A stretch of 64,000 bases of DNA from Candidatus Poriferihabitaceae bacterium (GCA_965204925.1 OZ242021.1:652000-715999), one strand, 5' to 3'; shown: positions 21,540 to 31,219, counted from the stretch's first letter. Numbers and translations are program-made. Notes: a model not told the origin generated them from the sequence alone.

Positions 21540-23906
21540 TCATGAAGAGGGGCGGTAATTCCCCCGCACCCGTTCCTTTCCGGGGTCGAAATGGGGGAAC
21601 GGGACGACCGTTGCCGGAATACGCTTCTGATGTCCGTCCAGCTTTCCGACCTCCACTTGCGTTCCCGGTGCGCAATGAATGATCTTGATTCTGCACAAGG
21701 CAATATTTTTCCCGAGAAAAGGCGAGATCATGGCGCTCGTAATGGCGCCCACCTGCTCGCGGCCGACAAACACAGGGTCGCCGTGGGCAGCGGCTTCTCC
21801 GCCGTTCACATCCAGCCCGACCAGCTTCTGGCGGGGATTTTTCTTGCGTTCGATCAGTTGCTCGCGGCCGATAAAGTCATCCTGCTTGGATTTCAGGGGA
21901 ACGGTAAAGCCGATGCCGGCCTCAAACGGGTCGGTCTGATCGCAAAACTCGTAACCGGCGAAAACGAGACCGGCCTCGATGCGCAACAGATCCAGCGCCT
22001 CCAGACCGAGCGGGGCTATGCCAAATTCCTGTCCGGCATCCCGCACCGCGTCCCAGACCGCTTCTGCATCACGGGGATGGCAGAATATCTCATACCCCCG
22101 CTCACCGGTATAGCCCGTTCGCGAGCAGACGATCGGAACCCCGTCCGCGCCGCCGATACGGGCGATGGAAAACCGAAACCAGTCGAGTTCTTCGAGGCGA
22201 GCCTGGTCAGGACGGGTCCACACACATTTCGCCAGCGTTTCCATGCTTTTCGGTCCCTGCACCTGCAAGTTATGAAGCTGTGAGGTCGAGTCCTTCACCC
22301 AGACCCGCAGCTTGCGCCTTGCAGCCTGCTCGCGAATCCACAACCCTGAGGTATCGTTGCCCCCTATCCATCGAAAATTGCGGTCGCCGAGCCTGAATAC
22401 GGTGCCGTCATCGATCATACCGCCCGACTCATAGCACATCGCGGTATAGACGACCTGCCCGATCGACATCTTGCGGACATCCCGCGTAACGCAGGTCTGC
22501 ATCAACAGCTCAGCGTCCGGGCCGGTTACTTCGTATTTTCTCAACGGCGACAGGTCGGTCATGACGACCCGTTCCCGGCATGCCCAATACTCCGCGACCG
22601 CGCCGAGGTTGGTAAAGTTGTCTGCCAGCCAGTAACCATTGTACTCGGAGAAATTGCGGGTCAGTCGAGAGGTTCTGTTGTGAAAACTGGTCTCTTGTGT
22701 CATTTGAGGCTCCGCGTCGGTGGTTTTCCTGAATGCAATGGCGCGTTTGAACAGGTTTTTACCCGTATACGTTCGCACATGAATATCCGTTGGCGCCCAC
22801 CCGTTGGCAGGGTCGATATCACAGGGGCAAGCGGACGAAACACAAACGAGGTCGGTCAATGCCTGCATCAATACATAGTCCCCCGGTCTCGACCAGGGGT
22901 CGTCAAACAGGTACAGGTATGAATCATCAAAAAACGTATTGAAGAACAGGTTCATGGCATGCCACCCTGCCCTCGGTTCGATCGGCCACGCGGCCAGCGC
23001 CCGATTGAAGTTTTCCGAACAGTTGACGTGTCCGGGATAACCGGCCTCGTCATAGTACTTGCTGGTACAGGCTATGCCAAAACTGTCGTGGCGGCCGCAG
23101 GTATCCTGCACGACTTCCACGAGCGGTTTGAAATCAATGTCATAGAACCTCGAATAAAGCCCCGGAGCGGGCCACGCGCTACCCATCAGGGAACGGGTCG
23201 TGGTGGCGCTCAGGTTGCGGGTCTTGCCCGCGTCCAGCGCGCCCTGATCGAAGCACTGGAAATCGGAGCACTGGCGGCCATCGACATCGATGATCTGGAT
23301 GTACTCCCCGGCCCGCACCTCGTAGCCTTGCGCCGTAGCGGCGTCAATACGAAAGCTCTGCGCTTCGTCAGCGAGCGGCTCGGGCAGATCGTGTTCGGTA
23401 AGGCAACCGGGGTTCGCGCGAGTAATATAAACAACGAGATCGGTCGGCGGGTCATTGGCGCCGTCCACGGCCATGGCATTGCCGGGAGCGCAGATCAGGC
23501 CGATCGATTCTCGCTCCGCCGTCAGTTTCACCGCTGAACCGGGCGCGGTTTCCCCGCACAGCAGTTCGGCGCCCCGGCAACCTGCCAAATCAACAGAAAA
23601 AGAGCGCAGCTTGCGGCGGATTTTCGCTGCGCCGGCGTTACCGGTATCCAGCATTTCGGCAATCGGCGCCGCGCCGGCAGAAGGTTCGACCCCGAGAGAG
23701 GCGGTCACATTGGCTCCGGTTGCATCGAACGCAAAGACAAGCGCCGGCTGACGCCCTTCCCGATCGACGATCTCCAGCTGATCACCCGCCATGATCGGTA
23801 CGGCAATGACGGCGCCGCCACGCACCACGCAGCGCTCCCTGCCAAGCCACCGCTCACCCAGTCCGGGCTCCCTCAGACGAATTACAGAGCTGATGTCTGT
23901 CGTCAT
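21540..23906 (-). CDS. tdm: trimethylamine-N-oxide demethylase type protein (N-terminal DUF1989 plus C-terminal GcvT/THF-binding domain)
   Basis: 788 aa. The N-terminal half resembles urea-carboxylase-associated DUF1989 (...IIDVDGRQCSDF...CSENFN...). The C-terminal half is a GcvT aminomethyltransferase fold. This two-domain architecture is the one described for Tdm. Confidence 0.8.
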   Translation of the reverse strand: MTTDISSVIRLREPGLGERWLGRERCVVRGGAVIAVPIMAGDQLEIVDREGRQPALVFAFDATGANVTASLGVEPSAGAAPIAEMLDTGNAGAAKIRRKLRSFSVDLAGCRGAELLCGETAPGSAVKLTAERESIGLICAPGNAMAVDGANDPPTDLVVYITRANPGCLTEHDLPEPLADEAQSFRIDAATAQGYEVRAGEYIQIIDVDGRQCSDFQCFDQGALDAGKTRNLSATTTRSLMGSAWPAPGLYSRFYDIDFKPLVEVVQDTCGRHDSFGIACTSKYYDEAGYPGHVNCSENFNRALAAWPIEPRAGWHAMNLFFNTFFDDSYLYLFDDPWSRPGDYVLMQALTDLVCVSSACPCDIDPANGWAPTDIHVRTYTGKNLFKRAIAFRKTTDAEPQMTQETSFHNRTSRLTRNFSEYNGYWLADNFTNLGAVAEYWACRERVVMTDLSPLRKYEVTGPDAELLMQTCVTRDVRKMSIGQVVYTAMCYESGGMIDDGTVFRLGDRNFRWIGGNDTSGLWIREQAARRKLRVWVKDSTSQLHNLQVQGPKSMETLAKCVWTRPDQARLEELDWFRFSIARIGGADGVPIVCSRTGYTGERGYEIFCHPRDAEAVWDAVRDAGQEFGIAPLGLEALDLLRIEAGLVFAGYEFCDQTDPFEAGIGFTVPLKSKQDDFIGREQLIERKKNPRQKLVGLDVNGGEAAAHGDPVFVGREQVGAITSAMISPFLGKNIALCRIKIIHCAPGTQVEVGKLDGHQKRIPATVVPFPHFDPGKERVRGNYRPSS

Positions 23907-24656
23907 TTATATATGAGCGATTGAGGCCGACCCGGCGCAGATCGCAAGGTAGCGGGGTATGACATTTTCGATACCATGGAAGAGGCACTCGACAGTGAGC
24001 GCGTGACCGATCGACACTTCCAGAATACCCGGTATCTCAAGAAATCGGGCAATATTATCAAGATCAAGGTCATGACCCGCGTTGACCCCGACCCCAAGTT
24101 CGTTTGCCTGCATGGCCGCTTCCAGATATTGATCGAAAACGGGTTGTTCATACGGGCCGCCGGACGCGCTGGCCCAGGCTTCGGTATACAACTCGATCCT
24201 GTCCGCCCCCGCTCTGGCAGCCGCTTCAACGCGCTGTACAACCGGATCAACAAACAGGGAGCTGCGAATTCCGGCATCGGCGAGACGTTGCAGGGCAGGT
24301 TCCAGGATTGCCGCGGCGCAGTCAATATCCCAGCCATGATCCGACGTCAACTGATTTGCGTCATCCGGCACGAGCGTGCATTGATCGGGCTTTACGTCCT
24401 CGACCATTGCCAGGAAATCCTGCGCAGGATACCCTTCGATATTGAATTCTGTCTGCGCATACTGTTTGCGCAGCGCCACAAGATCATAAACATCCCGCTT
24501 TCTGGCGTGGCGTTCGTCCGGACGGGGGTGTACCGTGATGCCGTCGACCCCGAGATCGATACATTTGCGCGCATACTCAACGACGTTGGGATAATCACGG
24601 CCGCGGGAATTTCGCAGAAGCGCGATCTTGTTCAGATTGACACTGAGTTTCGTCAC
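23907..24656 (-). CDS. pdxJ: pyridoxine 5'-phosphate synthase
   Basis: LSVNLNKIALLRNSRG...DGITVHPRPDERH...VNAGHDL...SIGHAL. Colinear with PdxJ, 249 aa. Its TAA stop directly abuts the tdm ATG (TAAATG). Confidence 0.85.
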   Translation of the reverse strand: MTKLSVNLNKIALLRNSRGRDYPNVVEYARKCIDLGVDGITVHPRPDERHARKRDVYDLVALRKQYAQTEFNIEGYPAQDFLAMVEDVKPDQCTLVPDDANQLTSDHGWDIDCAAAILEPALQRLADAGIRSSLFVDPVVQRVEAAARAGADRIELYTEAWASASGGPYEQPVFDQYLEAAMQANELGVGVNAGHDLDLDNIARFLEIPGILEVSIGHALTVECLFHGIENVIPRYLAICAGSASIAHI

Positions 24657-24670
24657 ATCAGAGCGGATCG

Positions 24671-25054
24671 TCAGAATTTTCTGTAGGCGTTCATCAGATC
24701 AACCATGGGATGGGAACCCGACATCTGGAATTTGACGAGCAATTCGCGCGCGATCATATCGCGGTCCTGCTGGTTATCCGGCAATTCCACGCTTTTCGGG
24801 ATTTGCACCCAGCCGTTGATATTGCGGTCGAATACGGCCGGCTTGCCCTCTTCGTACCCCATGTGTACATCTTCCAGCCAGTTCAGATCCTGCCAGCCCA
24901 TGATTTTCATATAGGTTTTCAAAAATTCGGTACAGCGCTCCATGTCCGGCGCGAGATTGACGTCATAGCGGTAACCGATATGCTGGCCGATAGCCTTCTC
25001 GCGATCAGAATCAAGGCCGTCCGATTCGATAAACTTGTCCACATCATTATTCAT
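24671..25054 (-). CDS. hypothetical protein (127 aa, acidic, no recognisable motif)
   Basis: The ORF has GGAG 8 nt upstream of the ATG at 25052-25054. It is wedged between mgsC (stop 25080) and pdxJ (start 24656) on the same strand. No family recognised. Confidence 0.5.
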   Translation of the reverse strand: MNNDVDKFIESDGLDSDREKAIGQHIGYRYDVNLAPDMERCTEFLKTYMKIMGWQDLNWLEDVHMGYEEGKPAVFDRNINGWVQIPKSVELPDNQQDRDMIARELLVKFQMSGSHPMVDLMNAYRKF

Positions 25055-25079
25055 GTTGATCTCCAACGCTCCGCCTCAT

Positions 25080-26420
25080 TCAAAAACGGGTCATATCGGG
25101 TCGCCCGACTGTGTACTGGGTACCGGCAAGGGGGACCTGTGCCAATGCCGAGGCCTCCATGGTGAGCGCCGCCAGGTCTTCCGGTTCCAGCGAATGGATA
25201 TTGGTTTTGCCGCAGGCGCGCGCCAGAAGCTGCGCCTCGATCGTCAACGTATGCAGGAAGTTGTAGACCCGCTCTGCGGCCGTGTCCGGGTCCAGGCGTT
25301 TGCGCAGAACCGGGTCCTGCGTGGCAACGCCGACCGGACAGCGGCCGGTATGGCAATGGTAGCAGTAGCCCGCTTCAACGCCGATCTCATTTTCAAAATC
25401 GGCTTCCGGAATATCCTTGTTGCAGTTCAACGCCATCAATGCGGCGTGGCCGATGGCAACGGCGTCGGCGCCCAGCGCCAGCGCTTTGGCGACATCGCCG
25501 CCATTGCGTATTCCACCGGCATAAACGAGCGAGATTTCATCCGCCTTGCCGACATCCTCAAGGGCGCGACGCGCCTGGCGAATGGCGGCGATGCCCGGCA
25601 CGCCCGTTTCTTCGGTCGCCAGATGAGGGCCGGCGCCGGTGCCGCCCTCCATGCCGTCAATATAGATCGAGTCGGGCCCGGTCTTGGCGGCCATACGCAC
25701 GTCATCATATACCCGCGCCGCGCCCAGCTTCAGCTGGATCGGGATTTCACCGTTGGTGGCTTCACGCACCTCGTTGATTTTCAGCGCAAGGTCATCAGGT
25801 CCCAGCCAGTCCGGGTGGCGCGCCGGCGAACGCTGGTCGATTCCGGCCGGCAGGGAGCGCATTTCGGCAACCTGATCGGTGACTTTCTGCCCCATGAGGT
25901 GCCCGCCCAACCCCACTTTGCAGCCCTGTCCGATGAAAAATTCGACACAGTCCGCCAACCGCAGATGGTTGGGGTTGAAGCCGTAGCGCGACTGGATACA
26001 TTGATACATCCACTTTTCCGAGTATCGGCGTTCATCCGGTATCATGCCGCCTTCACCGGAACAGGTGGCCGTTCCGGCCATCGTCGCCCCCCGCGCCAGC
26101 GCCGTCTTCGCCTCATAGGACAAGGCGCCGAAGCTCATGCCCGTGATATAGACAGGAATGTCGAGTTCCAGCGGACGTTTCGCTTTCGGGCCGATCACGG
26201 TGCGCGTCAGGCATTTCTCGCGGTATCCCTCGATTACGAACCGCGTCAATGTGCCGGGCATGAATGTCAAGTCGTCCCAGCTCGGGATTTTCTTGAACAG
26301 GGAAAAACCGCGCATGCGGTAGCGTCCGAGTTCCGACTTGATATGGATGTCATCAATGACCTCCGGCGGGAATATAAAACTCTGTCCCAGATGGTTGGGA
26401 TTTCTTTTTTCTTTTGACAT
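25080..26420 (-). CDS. mgsC: N-methylglutamate synthase subunit C type (FMN-binding glutamate-synthase domain protein)
   Basis: 446 aa, ITGMSFGALSYEAK...GMEGGTGAGP. GltB central FMN-domain homology. Context is with mgsA, mgsB and gmaS. Confidence 0.8.
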   Translation of the reverse strand: MSKEKRNPNHLGQSFIFPPEVIDDIHIKSELGRYRMRGFSLFKKIPSWDDLTFMPGTLTRFVIEGYREKCLTRTVIGPKAKRPLELDIPVYITGMSFGALSYEAKTALARGATMAGTATCSGEGGMIPDERRYSEKWMYQCIQSRYGFNPNHLRLADCVEFFIGQGCKVGLGGHLMGQKVTDQVAEMRSLPAGIDQRSPARHPDWLGPDDLALKINEVREATNGEIPIQLKLGAARVYDDVRMAAKTGPDSIYIDGMEGGTGAGPHLATEETGVPGIAAIRQARRALEDVGKADEISLVYAGGIRNGGDVAKALALGADAVAIGHAALMALNCNKDIPEADFENEIGVEAGYCYHCHTGRCPVGVATQDPVLRKRLDPDTAAERVYNFLHTLTIEAQLLARACGKTNIHSLEPEDLAALTMEASALAQVPLAGTQYTVGRPDMTRF

Positions 26421-26451
26421 TTCTGTTATCGCTTACCGCTGTTTTGCCGTT

Positions 26452-27291
26452 TCAAAGGATCAGTTTTTTCTCGGTCGGTTCGAGATTGTCGTAGTTCCAC
26501 AGACTCTTGCCGGAAACGAACTTCTTCATGTTCTCCACCCCGCACGCCGGCGCAATATCGTACATTGCCAGCTTCTGCGTGAGCCACTTCAACTCTGTTT
26601 CATTTATTTCCGACCCAACGCAATCGACGCCGAGTTCCTGTACTTTTCCACCGACATAAATGACGCCGTCGTACATTGAATCTCCCAGGTTCTTGCCCGC
26701 GTCTCCACAAATCACCATGCGTCCGCGTTGCATCATGAACCCGGAAAAAGCGCCCGTCCTGCCGCCGACAATAATCGTGCCCCCCTTCTGGTCGATACCG
26801 GTTCTGGAACCGACATCGCCCTTGCATACGAGGTCTCCACCCCGTATGGCAGCCCCGAAAGTCGAACCGGCATTGCCTTCGACAACGACTGTTCCGGCCA
26901 TCATGTTCTCGGCGCAGGACCAACCCACGCGGCCGCTGATGCGGATATTCGGACCATCGATCAGGCCACAACCGAAATAACCGAGAGAACCTTCGAAATG
27001 CATGTTGGCGCGATTCAATATTCCCACTCCGACGGCATGGCGCGCGCGCGGATTGCGCACCGTGACAGCGCCATACCCCTGGCGCATCAATTCCCGGATT
27101 TTCAGGTTGATCGCGGTTGCCTCCATGTCCACGGCGTCGAACGCCGCCGCCCGCTCCATATCGACTTCAAACGCCCACGGATACGTATAGTTCTCTTCCT
27201 CCGTAGCGCTGAAAAAACGCTGCTGGGTGCGCCCTTTCAGCCGCTCCTCATGCAACCCCATATTATGGGATCTGTGATCTACGCCTGCCAT
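26452..27291 (-). CDS. mgsB: N-methylglutamate synthase subunit B type (GXGXG beta-helix domain protein)
   Basis: Repeated G-x-x-G-x-x-x-G beta-helix segment (VVEGNAGSTFGAAIRGGDLVCKGDVGSRTG...IIVGGRTGAFSGF), as in the GltB C-terminal domain. Confidence 0.8.
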   Translation of the reverse strand: MAGVDHRSHNMGLHEERLKGRTQQRFFSATEEENYTYPWAFEVDMERAAAFDAVDMEATAINLKIRELMRQGYGAVTVRNPRARHAVGVGILNRANMHFEGSLGYFGCGLIDGPNIRISGRVGWSCAENMMAGTVVVEGNAGSTFGAAIRGGDLVCKGDVGSRTGIDQKGGTIIVGGRTGAFSGFMMQRGRMVICGDAGKNLGDSMYDGVIYVGGKVQELGVDCVGSEINETELKWLTQKLAMYDIAPACGVENMKKFVSGKSLWNYDNLEPTEKKLIL

Positions 27292-28214
27292 ACCCTGACC
27301 TCCCCTTCATAAGGATCGAATGTGTGGATTTCATCGGGGAAGATGCTGCGGATTGAAACCTCCTCGGAAGCCAGCCCGACAAAATCCTCGCTCTCATACA
27401 ACACCATCGGCTTGGCGGCCATGACATCCTTTGCCATGCCGAGTTGATCGCTGGTAGCGACAAGATAGGTGAATACGCCGTCGAGTTCCTCCACGGAACG
27501 GGTCATTGCCGTCTCGAGATCATCACCCTTACCGATGCGATCCGCAATGTATACGGCGATCAGTTCGGAGTCGCAATTCGACATGAAGCGGTGTCCGCGC
27601 CGTTCCATTTCCCGCCGGAAACTCCAGTAGTTGGTCAGCTGTCCATTGTGTACGACCGACACATCGTTGAATGGGTAGGCCCAGTAAGGGTGCGCCGAAC
27701 GAATATCCACATCGGACTCGGTCGCCATGCGCGTATGACCGATCGCATGGGTGCCGGCAAAACCCGACAGGCCGTACTGCCGTGATACCCGTTCGGCATC
27801 GCCGAGGTCCTTGACAAGTTCCAGACTCTTGCCGATCGACAGGATTTCCACCCCGTCTATATCTTCGACGTAATCGGCGAGACGACGCATATCGCCCTCG
27901 AAAAAAAAGGCATAGCGATGAGAATAATCGGTGACGCGATCACGCCCGCAGACCGTGGCGCCCAGCTTGTCGAGGCGCGCGTCGACTTCCCGCTGACGGT
28001 CGACAACCTTTTCATGGATATCGAATCCGCTTGCCATGTCCTCCTGTTCAGCGACCTTGAAGCGCATCACATACTGACCGCTGACGGGATTGCCATAGAG
28101 CGCGAACCCGGTGGAATCGGGTCCCCGATGTTTCAGCGATTGAAGCATGGACGTCATTTCCGATCCGACATCGGAACTCTTGCCGCGGTGGATAAGCCCT
28201 GCGATACCACACAT
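27279..28214 (-). CDS. mgsA: N-methylglutamate synthase subunit A type (class II, Ntn glutamine amidotransferase)
   Basis: N-terminal MCGIAG nucleophile cysteine and the class II GATase fold. Overlaps the mgsB start by 13 nt. Confidence 0.8.
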   Translation of the reverse strand: MCGIAGLIHRGKSSDVGSEMTSMLQSLKHRGPDSTGFALYGNPVSGQYVMRFKVAEQEDMASGFDIHEKVVDRQREVDARLDKLGATVCGRDRVTDYSHRYAFFFEGDMRRLADYVEDIDGVEILSIGKSLELVKDLGDAERVSRQYGLSGFAGTHAIGHTRMATESDVDIRSAHPYWAYPFNDVSVVHNGQLTNYWSFRREMERRGHRFMSNCDSELIAVYIADRIGKGDDLETAMTRSVEELDGVFTYLVATSDQLGMAKDVMAAKPMVLYESEDFVGLASEEVSIRSIFPDEIHTFDPYEGEVRVWQA

Positions 28215-28271
28215 GATAATTCCTCACTTAACGGGTTTCCGGTTTTGATGTCTAACCCCCGGCAAAAGGCG

Positions 28272-29810
28272 TCAGGGCAGACAGTCGAGATAGTTGGCAA
28301 GGTCCCAATCGGACACGGCATGATTGAAACGCTCCCATTCGTCATTCTTGTAGTGGTGGTAGACGCGGTACATGTCGCCCGGCATTGACGAACGTATGAC
28401 CTCATCGTTTTCCAGTTCCCTGAGAGCGTCCCCCAGAGTCATCGGCAGCTTTTTGACCTTCTTGCCCGCATCCATCGCTTCGTAAATATTGCGTTCTTCC
28501 GGTTCCCCCGGATCGAGGTTGCGGCTGATGCCGTCGTCAAACGCCTTCAGCAGCGCGCCCGCCATCAGGTACGGATTGACCATGGAATCAACGGAACGGT
28601 ACTCAAACCGCCCCGGCGCCGATACCCGCAGTGCGCAGGTTCTGTTCTGGAAACCCCAGTCGGCAAAGACCGGAGCCCAGAAACCGGTATCCCACAACCG
28701 TCTGTACGAGTTGACCGTGGACGAGCCGACCGAGGTCAGGGCGCCGAGATGCTCGATCACGCCCCCTATGGCCTTCAATCCGATCGCACCCGGCTTGACC
28801 TCGTCAATGGCAAAATCCGGCATGAAATGATTGACCCCGCCTTGCAGGTAGGTAAATACGCCGTCCAGCCCCGGAAGCGTTTCATGATGCAACCGATTGA
28901 CGACTTCCTCACCGCCGGACCACAGCGAAACATTATGGTGGCAGCCGGAGGCGGACACATTCATGAACGGCTTGGACATGAAGCAGGCATGCAGCCCTTT
29001 CTCACGGGCGACCTGGGCGCAGATCTGGCGATAAGTGGTCAGACGGTCCGAGTTCCTGAGCGCATCGTCGAACATCCAGTTCAGCTCCAGTTGCCCCGGC
29101 GCGTCCTCATGGTCGCCCTGGATCATGTCAAACCCCATTTTCTGGCCGTATTCGATCACCTGCATGAAGGCCGGACGCAATTCCTCGAACTGATCGATGT
29201 GGTAACAGTTGGGCTTCGTTACGCCGCCCCTGAGCTGGCGGTTTTCATCCAGTCTGAGCCACATCATCTCCGGCTCGGTACCGGCGCGCATGTGCATATT
29301 GTGCTTTTCTGCGAACTCTCGCTGGATGATTTTCAGGTTTCCGCGGCAGTCCGATGTCAGGTGGGCGCCCGGGTCGATGCGCTCCTCGCGGTTACGGTAG
29401 CAAGTACAGAATACGCGGCCAATGCGCTTGTCCCAGGGCAGTTGGACAAATGTTTCCGGATCCGGGATGCCGACCAGCTCCGACGATTCGGGACCGTAGC
29501 CGATGTAATTGCCGTGACGGTCGACATAGAGGTTGGCCGTTGAACCATAAACCAGTTGAAACCCTCTCTCCGATACCCTCTCCCAGTGATCGGCGGGAAT
29601 CCCCTTGCCGACAATTCGGCCGGTCACGGAAACAAACTGGAAATAGACATAGGTAACGCCCGTTTCACGGATTTTCTCACTGACCTGCCTGACCAGTTCG
29701 GCGCGCCCCGGCGCATTGACGCAGCGCTCAAGATCGGTCGATGAGCGGCTGGGGGCAACCGAGCGCGCGGAGGTCGTGTTTTGTCCTGCAGGCCTGTTCT
29801 CTTTAACCAT
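28272..29810 (-). CDS. gmaS: gamma-glutamylmethylamide synthetase type (glutamine synthetase family)
   Basis: Glutamine synthetase catalytic-domain homology throughout. Lies directly upstream of mgsABC. ATG at 29808-29810 is preceded by GGAG. About 40 N-terminal residues are low-complexity, so the true start may lie further in. Confidence 0.75.
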   Translation of the reverse strand: MVKENRPAGQNTTSARSVAPSRSSTDLERCVNAPGRAELVRQVSEKIRETGVTYVYFQFVSVTGRIVGKGIPADHWERVSERGFQLVYGSTANLYVDRHGNYIGYGPESSELVGIPDPETFVQLPWDKRIGRVFCTCYRNREERIDPGAHLTSDCRGNLKIIQREFAEKHNMHMRAGTEPEMMWLRLDENRQLRGGVTKPNCYHIDQFEELRPAFMQVIEYGQKMGFDMIQGDHEDAPGQLELNWMFDDALRNSDRLTTYRQICAQVAREKGLHACFMSKPFMNVSASGCHHNVSLWSGGEEVVNRLHHETLPGLDGVFTYLQGGVNHFMPDFAIDEVKPGAIGLKAIGGVIEHLGALTSVGSSTVNSYRRLWDTGFWAPVFADWGFQNRTCALRVSAPGRFEYRSVDSMVNPYLMAGALLKAFDDGISRNLDPGEPEERNIYEAMDAGKKVKKLPMTLGDALRELENDEVIRSSMPGDMYRVYHHYKNDEWERFNHAVSDWDLANYLDCLP

Positions 29811-30172
29811 TTTATTCTCCAATGGGGCATTTAATGGATACGCGACCTGTTATTAAACAGGATGAGAAACCGCTTTGCAACCGGTAGACGGTGGACGATT
29901 GCAATTTCGTGACAGTTCGGGAAGCGGCGAAGCGGCTCTTCCGCCCGCGGGCGGACACGGCAACCCGTCCGCGCCACAGTTCCGGTTCACGGCATATTCT
30001 TGCGGGTAGCGGGGCAGTAAACGGACAGGCGGACAACAGACGCTGGAAGCGCCGGGTCAGGAATCTCGCCAAAATAAACTGTTTGTTCAGGCGGCCGGTA
30101 TGTCACCGTTTCGGTGGGGGTGTTTCTGGACGGGCAGAGCCACCGGGGCGGTCCGCAAGAGCGCAGGACATT

Positions 30173-31150
30173 TCAACGATAGTCATAAAACCCGACTCCG
30201 GTTTTCCTGCCCAGCTTGTTGGCGTCCACCATTTTGATCAACAGGGGGCAGGGTCTGAATTTGGGGTCGCCCATACCTTCCCTTATCACTCTCAGCGCCG
30301 ACAACACCACATCCAGCCCGACGAGGTCAGCCAGCGCCAGCGGCCCGATCGGGTGATTGGCTCCGAGCTTCATGATCTCGTCAATCGCTTCGGCCGTGGC
30401 GACGCCTTCGTGCAGGGCGAAGATGGCCTCGTTGATCATCGGCACAAGGATGCGGTTGGCGACGAAGCCCGGGCTGTCATTGGCGAGTAACGGGGTCTTG
30501 CCGAGGTCTGAAGCCAGCCGGCGGGCAAGGTCGCAAGTACGGTCATCGGTTTGCAGCGCGCGGATGATTTCAACGAGTTTCATGATCGGCGCGGGGTTCA
30601 TGAAGTGCATGCCGATAACCCGCTCCGGTCTGCCCGTTTGCGCGGCCAGCCGGGTCAGTGAAATGGATGATGTATTGGACGCGAACGGGGTTTGCGCCGG
30701 GCAAATGCGATCGAGCTGCCCAAGGACGGCCGACTTGACGGCCAAGTCCTCCGGAACGGCCTCGACCACGAATTGCGCCGCCGACAACGTCCCGAGCGAG
30801 GTCGCCGTAGTGATCCGCGACAGCGTGTCCGCCTTGTCCCGCTGTGTGATCGATGCCTTGCCCGCCATCCTGCCGAGGCTGTCGGTAATGGCGGCCATGC
30901 CCCGTTCCAGGGCTTGCTCGCTGACATCAACGAGGGTGACGGTGAAGCCTGCGGCGGCGAAAACCTGGGCAATGCCATTGCCCATGGCGCCGGCGCCGAC
31001 TACACCCACGTTTTTAACGCCCTCGCCAGCGTATCCATGGCGGCGGGCATATCCACCTTGCGCTCCAGCGCGCTCGCCCGACCGGTAACCGGAATCGAAT
31101 GGCGGCGATTCGGGCTGCCCGGTTTTGCGTTGTCTGGTCATCAGTCTCAT
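30173..31150 (-). CDS. 3-hydroxybutyryl-CoA / 3-hydroxyacyl-CoA dehydrogenase
   Basis: NVGVVGAGAMGNGIAQV Rossmann motif plus the 3HCDH C-terminal domain. Start ambiguous. The only in-frame ATG/GTG/TTG codons are at 31150 and 31141 (a 40+ aa non-homologous leader) or a GTG at 31009 that would clip the first beta-strand. Confidence 0.75.
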   Translation of the reverse strand: MRLMTRQRKTGQPESPPFDSGYRSGERAGAQGGYARRHGYAGEGVKNVGVVGAGAMGNGIAQVFAAAGFTVTLVDVSEQALERGMAAITDSLGRMAGKASITQRDKADTLSRITTATSLGTLSAAQFVVEAVPEDLAVKSAVLGQLDRICPAQTPFASNTSSISLTRLAAQTGRPERVIGMHFMNPAPIMKLVEIIRALQTDDRTCDLARRLASDLGKTPLLANDSPGFVANRILVPMINEAIFALHEGVATAEAIDEIMKLGANHPIGPLALADLVGLDVVLSALRVIREGMGDPKFRPCPLLIKMVDANKLGRKTGVGFYDYR

Positions 31151-31219
31151 TACCCGAAAAGGGTATGGAATTTAACGGATTTGTAAGATACATTGCGCTT
31201 ACGTAAACGTCAATCGCCA

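Noticed and set aside
25035-26417. 460-aa + strand ORF
   Set aside because: It is antisense to mgsC, which has clear glutamate-synthase FMN-domain motifs.
9734-29822. Idea that the methylated-amine block is a tRNA-Ser-integrated genomic island
   Set aside because: There is no integrase, I saw no repeat of the tRNA 3' end at the far side, and the composition looks like the core genome. The tRNA adjacency is probably incidental.
29900-29914. Sigma-54-like element upstream of gmaS (minus strand TGTCACGAAATTGCA)
   Set aside because: The -24 GG is GT, and the GG-to-GC spacing is 11 nt rather than 12 nt. It does not meet the consensus geometry.
29941-29954. Perfect 14-nt palindrome CCGCCCGCGGGCGG in the gmaS/hbd intergenic region
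   Set aside because: Short GC-only palindromes are expected by chance in GC-rich DNA. There is no adjacent T-run and no second copy, and it is too far from either gene end to assign a role.
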